From positions 1-24,000 of the forward strand of contig NZ_VANV01000003.1 of the NCBI RefSeq assembly GCF_022496765.1: DNA of 24,000 bases. Reading direction: 5' to 3'. The notes beneath the pieces were generated by a model, which was not told the DNA's origin, searched no databases, and saw only the letters and a program-made list of their open reading frames with translations. Shown here one piece after another: positions 1 to 6,782 of the stretch; positions within the stretch are counted from its first letter, which is position 1, and every line of letters begins with the position of its first letter. The stretch is from Acidaminobacter sp. JC074. Its GTDB lineage: Bacteria > Bacillota > Clostridia > Peptostreptococcales > Acidaminobacteraceae. Position numbers and translations under genes: made by a program.

Positions 1-216
1 GTAGACTTAGAAATGGTTGAGAAAGAAGCAGCTGATAAATCAAGACGTGTTTTTAGAGGAATCTTTATAACAACAAAAGGGATAATAAACTCAGATATCA
101 ATGGTAGTTTGAATATCCTAAGAAAGTATTTAGGTGAAAAAAATATTCCCAGGTTGATTATATCGATGAGGGATAAGGGGTTTCGAGATAATCCTTTTAG
201 ACTACGTGTAGTTTAA
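1..216 (+). CDS. tnpB: C-terminal fragment (5' end outside window) of an IS200/IS605-family TnpB-like RNA-guided endonuclease
   Basis: Frame 1 is open from base 1 to TAA at 214-216. The translation ...RGIFITTKGIINSDINGSLNILRKYLGE...NPFRLRVV resembles the conserved TnpB/OrfB C-terminal block (..G..iNADxNGAxNIlrK..) and the usual short tail. Only about 70 aa are visible. Confidence 0.6.
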   Translation, partial: VDLEMVEKEAADKSRRVFRGIFITTKGIINSDINGSLNILRKYLGEKNIPRLIISMRDKGFRDNPFRLRVV

Positions 217-220
217 TATG

Positions 221-259
221 CTATTGTATCTTCGGGTAGAATAGAAGCGTCAAAGACGC
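221..259 (+). ncRNA. Two adjacent stem-loops just 3' of the tnpB stop; candidate omega-RNA scaffold or IS right-end subterminal hairpins
   Basis: Hairpin 1: CTATT(221-225) G TATC(227-230) TTCG(231-234) GGTA(235-238) G AATAG(240-244), a UUCG tetraloop hairpin. Hairpin 2: GCGTC(247-251) AAA GACGC(255-259). The position matches where TnpB guide-RNA scaffolds and right ends lie. The boundary cannot be set without other copies. Confidence 0.3.
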
Positions 260-264
260 CTTTC

Positions 265-477
265 TTGTCAAAAGAACATATCCATTCAGGTAAGTTTTCA
301 GCAGTTTGTCGTGAAGGGGATATAAAGGAGTTTCCTTTAACTTCTATTTCTTTGGCAGGGGTGCTAGGCACACTTTTTAATTTTGAAGATATAGAAAAAC
401 TGTCAGGTCACTTGGCTTCTGTTAAAAAAGATGTAAAAAAAGTGCTTTCAAGTTCTTATATTCTAAACAAAATATAA
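265..477 (+). CDS. Hypothetical ORF; possibly the 3' remnant of a gene interrupted by the IS, or non-coding
   Basis: TTG start with no SD. Frame 1 is open continuously from 217 (right after the tnpB stop) to TAA at 475-477, which sits 3 nt before a terminator hairpin. No recognisable family. Confidence 0.2.
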   Translation: MSKEHIHSGKFSAVCREGDIKEFPLTSISLAGVLGTLFNFEDIEKLSGHLASVKKDVKKVLSSSYILNKI

Positions 478-480
478 ATC

Positions 481-496
481 GCACTCATTCGAGTGC
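481..496. terminator. Bidirectional rho-independent terminator hairpin (serves glnA on the minus strand)
   Basis: GCACTC-ATTC-GAGTGC with T/A-rich runs on both sides. It lies immediately downstream of the glnA stop (504-506, minus). Confidence 0.7.
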
Positions 497-503
497 GATT
501 ATT

Positions 504-1928
504 TTATAGGTCAAAATACATTTCAAATTCTTTTGGATGAGGCATGTTGTCAATTGCAGCTGAGTTACATCTGTTTTGCTTAACAATATTCATCACAAGT
601 TCTTTTGTAAATACACCGCCTTCAAGCAGGTAGTCATAGTCTTCTAATAAGGCATCTGTTGCCTCTGTTAGTGATTTTGGAAGACCTTTGATTTTTGCCT
701 TTTCCTCATCTGGTAGGTCAAAAATGTTGACATCATATGGTCCAAAGCCTTCTGCAGTAGGGTCGATTTTATTCTTGATACCATCGATGGCTGCCATTAA
801 TAAAGCAGAATATGCTAAGTATGGGTTGCAAGTAGCATCAGAAGATCTAAACTCAAAACGCTTTTCTGATGGTCTGTTTGCATAACCTGGTATACGAATC
901 ACTGCAGAGCGGTTAGCAGTTGCAAAGCAAATACTTACTGGGGCTTCATAGCCAGGTACCAAACGCTTATATGAGTTGGTAGAAGGATTTGTAATAGCCA
1001 GAAGTGAAGCTGCATGTTTTAGCATACCCCCAATAGCGTATAGGGCTGTCTGACTCATACCTGAGTAGCCGTTTTCATCATAAAAGATTGGATCGCCGTC
1101 TTTAAATAAGTGGAAGTGAACATGCATACCGTTACCAGCCTCTTTGTGGAATGGCTTTGGCATAAAGGTCACTGTTTTTCCAGCCTTAAGGGCAGTGTTC
1201 TTTACAATATACTTTAAAAGCATGGTTCTATCTGCCATATCATGCGCATTGCCAAAAGACAGTTCAATTTCCAACTGACCAGGGCCACCAACTTCAGGAT
1301 GGTGATACTTGACTGGTACACCGTTCTCTTCTAGTAATAAAACCATTTCATTTCTTAAGTCGTAGTTAATATCAAAAGGTATATCTACATGATAGCCACC
1401 ATGATGAGGCACTTTAAAGCCAAGATTATCATCGCAGTGAGTGTTCCATTCAGCTTGTTCAGCATCTAATTTAACCATGATATGGTGTGGATCTAATCTG
1501 TATGAGAAGTGGTCTAGAATATAAAATTCGAATTCTGGTCCAAATGATGATTGGTCAGCAATACCACTTTCTTTCATATATTCTTCTGCTTTAGAAGATA
1601 TGTAACGAGGGTCACCTTCGTAACGCTTAACACCATGATCTAGGGTGTAGATATCAGCCATCATGGTAAGTGTTTTTCTTTTGGTAAATGGATCGATAAA
1701 TGCAGTTGATAAATCTGGTATGAAAACCATATCTGATTTTTCTACTGTTAGAAAGCCATAAGAAGAGCCGTCGAATCCAATACCGTCTTCTAAGGTATGT
1801 TCTGTTATTCTGTCTACTGTAATTGTCAAGTGGTGCCATCTGCCTGCTAAGTCGATGACTTTAAAATCAATAAACTTAACGTCATTTGTATGGCAAAATG
1901 CTTTTAATTCTTTTAAATCCTTAAACAT
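504..1928 (-). CDS. glnA: Glutamine synthetase (type I glutamate--ammonia ligase)
   Basis: 474-aa product with GS beta-grasp and catalytic domain signatures (..FDGSS.., ..GNGMHVHFHLF.., ..NSYKRLVPGYEAP.., ..RIP....EKRFEFRSSD..). Start moved to ATG at 1926-1928 (MFKDLKEL..), which has AGGAGG 7 nt upstream. The longer listed ORF (to 1964) lacks an SD. Confidence 0.95.
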   Translation of the reverse strand: MFKDLKELKAFCHTNDVKFIDFKVIDLAGRWHHLTITVDRITEHTLEDGIGFDGSSYGFLTVEKSDMVFIPDLSTAFIDPFTKRKTLTMMADIYTLDHGVKRYEGDPRYISSKAEEYMKESGIADQSSFGPEFEFYILDHFSYRLDPHHIMVKLDAEQAEWNTHCDDNLGFKVPHHGGYHVDIPFDINYDLRNEMVLLLEENGVPVKYHHPEVGGPGQLEIELSFGNAHDMADRTMLLKYIVKNTALKAGKTVTFMPKPFHKEAGNGMHVHFHLFKDGDPIFYDENGYSGMSQTALYAIGGMLKHAASLLAITNPSTNSYKRLVPGYEAPVSICFATANRSAVIRIPGYANRPSEKRFEFRSSDATCNPYLAYSALLMAAIDGIKNKIDPTAEGFGPYDVNIFDLPDEEKAKIKGLPKSLTEATDALLEDYDYLLEGGVFTKELVMNIVKQNRCNSAAIDNMPHPKEFEMYFDL

Positions 1929-1952
1929 AAAAACCTCCTTGTGTATAAGTCT

Positions 1953-1981
1953 ATTATAATTCAATCGACTTATTATGACAA
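1953..1981 (-). promoter_or_regulatory. Putative sigma-A promoter of glnA
   Basis: On the minus strand: TTGTCA (1981-1976), 17 nt, TATAAT (1958-1953), about 25 nt upstream of the glnA ATG. Confidence 0.45.
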
Positions 1982-2092
1982 TGATAATAGTTAAAACAAC
2001 TATAAAATATAGAATTTGTAGTTAGAAAAACTTTCAAAAAATTCATGAGATAGAGGCAGATTTATTGGGTAAAAAAATTAACAAAATAAGTG

Positions 2093-2120
2093 TTGCAATC
2101 TTTTCTTTTAATGATATAAT
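2093..2120 (+). promoter_or_regulatory. Putative sigma-A promoter (extended -10) of the YitT-family gene
   Basis: TTGCAA (2093-2098), 16 nt, TGaTATAAT (2112-2120). AGGAGG at 2141-2146 and ATG at 2151. Confidence 0.55.
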
Positions 2121-2150
2121 GAATCTTGCTTTTTAGAAAAAGGAGGTCAA

Positions 2151-3020
2151 ATGAAAGTAAAAGAATTATTACTAGAAATTTTTTATGTAGCAATTGGTTG
2201 TATATTATTGGCCTTTGCTATAACAGCTATTTTAGAACCCAATAACTTAATGACAGGTGGTATTACAGGTTTATCCTTAATACTGGATAATCTATTAGGT
2301 ATAAACTATACAGTGTTTTATTATGTGTTTTCTTTAATCATTCTTCTAGCAACCTATTTAACACTGGGTAAGTATGAGGCGAGTAAGATTATCTTGTTAT
2401 CAATCCTATTTCCTGCTGTACTGATGATTTTTAGTCAGTTTAAGTTTCAGTTGATTGAAGATGATATGTTCTTAGCAGCATTCTATTATGGTATTATCGC
2501 AGGAGCGGGTGTTGGTCTGATTTTAAAGTCTGGGTATTCGACAGGTGGAACAGACTCTATTGGTAAGATTCTTCATAAGAAGAAATACCCATATATTTCA
2601 GTGAACCAAATCATCACCATGATAGATATTGTTATCATTATTGTTTCTATATTTGTTTTTGATGTAAGAGTTGCCTTATATGCCATCTTAACTCAGCTGG
2701 TGCTTTTAAAAGCTGTAGAAGTTGTTTTATATGGTTTGTCACCCAAACTTGTTAAGTTAGAAATCATTTCAGATGCAGAGGAAAAAATTAAAGACTATAT
2801 ACTTCATGAAATAAAACGTGGCATTACCAAATACAATATTATTGGTGGCTACAGCAATGTTTCAAAGACTAAAATCATCACCATATGTTCTCCTAGAGAA
2901 TCTTTGATGATTAAGAACTTCATTGCCGATCTTGATGAGAAGGCATTTGTTGATGTACTGCCAATCATGTCGGTATGGGGTGAGGGTTTAGGTTTTAAGA
3001 GAATTACAGAAGAAAACTAA
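2151..3020 (+). CDS. YitT-family integral membrane protein (DUF161 repeats + C-terminal DUF2179-like domain)
   Basis: Multi-TM N-terminal region with GGITGLS and GGTDSIG motifs, plus a soluble C-terminal domain (..KYNIIGGYS...KIITICSPRE..VDVLPI..) typical of YitT/YqfU proteins. Strong SD. Confidence 0.85.
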   Translation: MKVKELLLEIFYVAIGCILLAFAITAILEPNNLMTGGITGLSLILDNLLGINYTVFYYVFSLIILLATYLTLGKYEASKIILLSILFPAVLMIFSQFKFQLIEDDMFLAAFYYGIIAGAGVGLILKSGYSTGGTDSIGKILHKKKYPYISVNQIITMIDIVIIIVSIFVFDVRVALYAILTQLVLLKAVEVVLYGLSPKLVKLEIISDAEEKIKDYILHEIKRGITKYNIIGGYSNVSKTKIITICSPRESLMIKNFIADLDEKAFVDVLPIMSVWGEGLGFKRITEEN

Positions 3021-3023
3021 AAA

Positions 3024-3039
3024 AAGCACCTGAGTGCTT
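3024..3039. terminator. Bidirectional terminator between convergent yitT-like and rluA-like genes
   Basis: AAGCAC-CTGA-GTGCTT. A T6 run follows on the minus strand (A-run 3018-3025 on plus); TTTAT follows on plus. Confidence 0.7.
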
Positions 3040-3705
3040 TTATAGATTAAATGGATAGTCACTAGGTGATGCCTTATGGGTCATTTTAGATTTCTTTTTA
3101 GGATGGACAAATGTCACTTCGTTTGAGAAGAGGGCAATTTGGAACCATCCTTTTTTAGTCATAAAATCAGGATGATACTTGGTGTCTCCCCAGATTGGAT
3201 GACCAATATGAGAAAGTTGAACTCTGATTTGATGGTGTCTACCTGTCTCTAATTCTATAGAAATAAGTGAGTAAATCTCATCGTCTATCGTCATGGTCTT
3301 AAGACGCTTGATGTGCATAACAGCTCTTTTGGCCTTAGGTGTTTCTTGATCAACTACTGATGACACATTGCCTTTAAACTTCTTTTTTAAGAAGTGAACC
3401 AAAGTCTGGTCCTCAGGTGTCCCTTTAACCACAGCTAGATAGGTCTTTTTAAAAGTTCTAGCTTGAAGCTGTTTAGATAAATGAGCCGTTGCCTGGGGTG
3501 TTTTACCAAATACAACAAGTCCACCTACGGGCCTATCTAACCTATGAACAAGTCCTATATAAGGCTTTTCTAAGCCTTTTTTTCTCATATACTCATCTAG
3601 CATAGAAGCTAAATCTTTATCATTACTCAAGTCTGATTGAACAGGCACACCTGGTGCTTTTAAACAGACGATAATATCTTGATCTTCATAAATAATTTCT
3701 TTCAT
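3040..3705 (-). CDS. RluA-family pseudouridine synthase
   Basis: Catalytic-Asp motif in ..GLVHRLDRPVGGLVVFGKT.. and ..GRHHQIRVQL.. Start set at ATG 3703-3705 (MKEIIYED..) with GGTGG SD. The listed start at 3726 lacks an SD. Confidence 0.85.
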   Translation of the reverse strand: MKEIIYEDQDIIVCLKAPGVPVQSDLSNDKDLASMLDEYMRKKGLEKPYIGLVHRLDRPVGGLVVFGKTPQATAHLSKQLQARTFKKTYLAVVKGTPEDQTLVHFLKKKFKGNVSSVVDQETPKAKRAVMHIKRLKTMTIDDEIYSLISIELETGRHHQIRVQLSHIGHPIWGDTKYHPDFMTKKGWFQIALFSNEVTFVHPKKKSKMTHKASPSDYPFNL

Positions 3706-3773
3706 ACATACCACCTTCTCAAGCATTATATCACATGCTTATCTTTGATGCTAATGCAATTAAAGGCAAAAAA

Positions 3774-3796
3774 AATAACAGATATGATCTGTTATT
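3774..3796 (-). terminator. Rho-independent terminator of the small-membrane-protein operon
   Basis: AATAACAGAT-ATG-ATCTGTTATT, followed on the minus strand by a T8 run (A-run 3768-3775 on plus). Confidence 0.75.
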
Positions 3797-4005
3797 TAAA
3801 ATATAAGTTTTAAAACGAATCCTACACATGCTAGAAATGCACCGAAAATAGCAATTGGAACGAGGAGGGCTAGTCCGACTGGTATTAAGGCGATAACGAC
3901 TGCAACTGCAAGAATGCCTAATAATAATCTAAATAAACCAACACTGATACCTACAAATAGTTTTAAAAATAATATAACAACTAATAATGTAATTAAAAAT
4001 CCCAT
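3796..4005 (-). CDS. Small hydrophobic membrane protein (69 aa, 2-3 predicted TM helices)
   Basis: AAAGGAG SD 7 nt upstream of the ATG. Almost entirely hydrophobic sequence. The terminator directly follows. Confidence 0.6.
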   Translation of the reverse strand: MGFLITLLVVILFLKLFVGISVGLFRLLLGILAVAVVIALIPVGLALLVPIAIFGAFLACVGFVLKLIF

Positions 4006-4016
4006 AATTTTCTCCT

Positions 4017-4178
4017 TTACTTTTCTTTATCTACTATGATTGGATTAGGTGATACAAGTTTCTTTCTAGAGGCCAGACCCAATAACAAGATGATGATGTC
4101 ATCAATTGGTCCTGGTGCTAGATCAACTGGTGAAACAATGTATAAAACTAAAAATATCATTAAGAGTAACTGTTTCAT
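4017..4178 (-). CDS. Unlisted 53-aa small membrane protein, YkvA/DUF1232-like
   Basis: Hand translation of the minus strand: AAAAGGAGATAATCA-ATG MKQLLLMIFLVLYIVSPVDLAPGPIDDIIILLLGLASRKKLVSPNPIIVDKEK-TAA. The P.DL.P..IDD motif resembles DUF1232. Its stop (4019-4017) overlaps the SD of the downstream 69-aa gene. Confidence 0.5.
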   Translation of the reverse strand: MKQLLLMIFLVLYIVSPVDLAPGPIDDIIILLLGLASRKKLVSPNPIIVDKEK

Positions 4179-4354
4179 TGATTATCTCCTTTTCTAATCT
4201 GTTATGTCTTTTGATACTTATACTATAGATGTCTAAGGTTAATGAATAATTTGAGTAAAATTAGAATTAAATTAGAATCCTGACTTAATACTTTTTTAAG
4301 GTATTTTAAAGTAAATTTCCATCTTATACTTGTAGAATAGTCCTGGAGGTTGTT

Positions 4355-5065
4355 ATGTTAAAAGTAAATGAAGTCAGTAAGAAATTTAAAAAGCTTGTGG
4401 CAGTAGACCATGTAAGCTTTGAAGTGGATAGTGGAGAAATTGTTGGTATACTTGGACCTAATGGGGCTGGTAAGTCAACGACTATAAAAATGATTGCAGG
4501 TCTATTAAGGACGTCTAGTGGGACCATTACCATAGATGGTCATATGAATAAGTCTGTGGAGGCCAAGAAAAAATTTGCCTATATACCTGAGTTTCCTGAA
4601 ATGTATGATTTATTAACAGTAGATGAGCATATGCGTTTTATAGCCCAGGCTTATGAGATTGAGAATTGGGAAGACTTTATTGAACCCTATTTTGAACGTT
4701 TTGATTTAATGGATAAAAGAGACAAACTAGGAAAAGAGTTATCAAAGGGGATGAAACAGAAACTGAGTATTTGCTGTGGTCTTCTGACGCAAGCAGACCT
4801 TTATTTATTTGATGAGCCTATGATTGGCTTAGATCCAAAGGCCATAAGAGAAACAAAGAAGATTATGAGCGAATTAGCACAAGCGGGTAAAACCATCTTA
4901 GTTTCTACCCACTTGTTAGATTCTATAGAACAAACCTGTAACAGGGTCCTTGTTATGAAAGAAGGTTCTATCATCGTCAACTCTTCTATGGCGGATTTAA
5001 AGAGCCATGGCGATTTATCCTTAGAAGAAATCTTTTTAGAGGTGACGGAAGATGAAATCATTTAG
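4355..5065 (+). CDS. ABC transporter ATP-binding protein
   Basis: Walker A GPNGAGKST, signature LSKGMKQKL, Walker B LYLFDEP, H-loop STH. GGAGG SD at 4345-4349. Confidence 0.95.
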   Translation: MLKVNEVSKKFKKLVAVDHVSFEVDSGEIVGILGPNGAGKSTTIKMIAGLLRTSSGTITIDGHMNKSVEAKKKFAYIPEFPEMYDLLTVDEHMRFIAQAYEIENWEDFIEPYFERFDLMDKRDKLGKELSKGMKQKLSICCGLLTQADLYLFDEPMIGLDPKAIRETKKIMSELAQAGKTILVSTHLLDSIEQTCNRVLVMKEGSIIVNSSMADLKSHGDLSLEEIFLEVTEDEII

Positions 5066-6623
5066 TGTCCTTTTGAGTATTGAAAAAGCCATTATAAAGA
5101 ACAAAGTACTTGAAATTATAAAGAGTCCCAAGCGTCTGATTACATACACACTTTACATAGCATTTATGGCTTGGGTTCTTGTTTTCAACAGCAGGAACTT
5201 TGACGGCTTTAATAGGGAGTCTATGATGACCTATGGGCAAGGCGGTGTTTTTATCTTTGTGTTTATGATGGCTTATGGCTTGACTAAAAAGTCCAGTATA
5301 TTCTTTAAAATGAGTGAAGTAAACCTCATATTTTCTTCACCTGTAGATCCGAGAAAACTTCTTTTGTTTACACTATTAAAGAGGATACCCCAGTATCTTT
5401 TTACAAGTGTCATTACATTGGTTTTTCTTTTGGCCATGGTTATCAGTGTATTTAATCCTTCGCTTCAAGAAGTGATCATAACGGGACTTGGTTATTCTCT
5501 GCTTTTATTAACCCTAGAACCTTTAGGTTTTTGTTTGTTTGCCATATTTACTAAAAAAGGCAGACCTGAAATGAGTGAAAGCCTAGTAAAGAAACTCTTT
5601 ATTCTAATAGGCCTAATTGCAGGTGGATTTGTCCTGAATAATATAAGGGTCAATGGCTTTTCAATGACATCAGTCTTTGATGGCCTGCGGCATCAACTTC
5701 TTAATATGATTCCTATTGTGGGTTGGGGAAAAGCCTTAACTGTAACAGCTATGACAGGTGTTACAAGCTTAACTTATATATATTTAAGCCTGATGGTGCT
5801 TATGTATATAGCTTTGGTAGGCCTAACATACTTTTTAGGGACAGATTATTATGAAGATGTAATTGGTGCATCTGAAAAAAGACAAAAGCTTATATCAGAA
5901 GCCAAACAAGGCAAGAATCAATTTAAAGGTTTTCATTTTAAAAAGAAAAAGGTAACCATCAAAGACAAGTATAAAAAGGCCGGTGCCATCCACTGGAAGA
6001 AAAAGATGCTGACATCTAAATCAGACTTAAGTGTCTACCTGTCGTTAGAGTCACTTTTATGCTTGATTTTATCTATCGGTGGAAGTATCTTTATGGAAGA
6101 GACCCAAGCTTTACCTTATATGGTCATGGGACTTTATTTTTATATTAAGTTTCTTTTCTCCATGAACACATCCTTAGATAAGGAACTGAATAAACACTTT
6201 TTCTATACCATACCGGATAATGGTATGAGAAAGCTTGTTATGGTTTCTAAAATAGATGTAGTAAGGTTTTTCATCAATGCTTGCATTGTTGTCATGACGA
6301 CTTACATAATGACAAGAAACAATGATATTGGTCTTATAGTCTTGCCTTTTGCTGCAAGCATGTTTTATGTCATGATGCTTTTATCAAGTTTTACTTTGAA
6401 GCTCTTTTTTACAGCAGAAGACTTTAACAGACTTTTACTTTTGTTTAAAATGTTCCAGATGATACTTGTTATGATGCCATCAGCCATAGCAATGATGATC
6501 ATCGGCATGCTTACAGAATCTGTAGCACTTGCCTTATTAGGAAGTTTAGGTATAAATCTATTGCTGGCAAGTATCTTTCTAGCGCTTGGCGACACCATTT
6601 TAAATCGCATGGAACTTAAATAG
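5052..6623 (+). CDS. Polytopic membrane protein; putative ABC exporter permease partner
   Basis: 14-nt overlap with the ATPase gene. About 10-12 hydrophobic helices with a central basic loop (KKKKVTIKDKYKK..). The architecture resembles the 'putative ABC exporter' permease family. Confidence 0.6.
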   Translation: MKSFSVLLSIEKAIIKNKVLEIIKSPKRLITYTLYIAFMAWVLVFNSRNFDGFNRESMMTYGQGGVFIFVFMMAYGLTKKSSIFFKMSEVNLIFSSPVDPRKLLLFTLLKRIPQYLFTSVITLVFLLAMVISVFNPSLQEVIITGLGYSLLLLTLEPLGFCLFAIFTKKGRPEMSESLVKKLFILIGLIAGGFVLNNIRVNGFSMTSVFDGLRHQLLNMIPIVGWGKALTVTAMTGVTSLTYIYLSLMVLMYIALVGLTYFLGTDYYEDVIGASEKRQKLISEAKQGKNQFKGFHFKKKKVTIKDKYKKAGAIHWKKKMLTSKSDLSVYLSLESLLCLILSIGGSIFMEETQALPYMVMGLYFYIKFLFSMNTSLDKELNKHFFYTIPDNGMRKLVMVSKIDVVRFFINACIVVMTTYIMTRNNDIGLIVLPFAASMFYVMMLLSSFTLKLFFTAEDFNRLLLLFKMFQMILVMMPSAIAMMIIGMLTESVALALLGSLGINLLLASIFLALGDTILNRMELK

Positions 6624-6631
6624 TCTTTTAG

Positions 6632-6658
6632 AAGATGTTATACACTGTATGACATCTT
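6632..6658 (+). terminator. Terminator hairpin after the ABC operon
   Basis: 12-bp stem AAGATGTTATAC (6632-6643), ACT loop, GTATGACATCTT (6647-6658) with one G-U pair, followed by TTGTAATT (weak U tract). Confidence 0.55.
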
Positions 6659-6664
6659 TTGTAA

Positions 6665-6693
6665 TTGAAATATGTCGACTGTTTCTTTATAAT
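6665..6693 (+). promoter_or_regulatory. Near-consensus sigma-A promoter of hgcAB
   Basis: TTGAAA (6665-6670), 17 nt, TATAAT (6688-6693). It is followed by AAAGGTGG (6705-6712) and ATG at 6717. Confidence 0.6.
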
Positions 6694-6782
6694 ACATTTA
6701 GAAGAAAGGTGGCATTATGTTAACTACTAAATCTTGTTGAGACGTTGATGTAAAAGCATCGAGTTTCGATGAAAGAAATATA

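Noticed and set aside
1929-1964. Longer N-terminal extensions given in the ORF track for glnA (and likewise rluA-like 3726, MCP 14353, tcdA 18146, ArsR-like 18242, argG 8930, argH 10167)
   Set aside because: In each case an internal ATG is preceded by a strong GGAGG-type SD at proper spacing and matches the usual family N-terminus. The upstream start has no SD.
1965-2092. GlnR/TnrA-type operator (TGTNA-N7-TNACA) upstream of glnA
   Set aside because: I scanned the divergent intergenic region by eye on both strands and found no convincing match.
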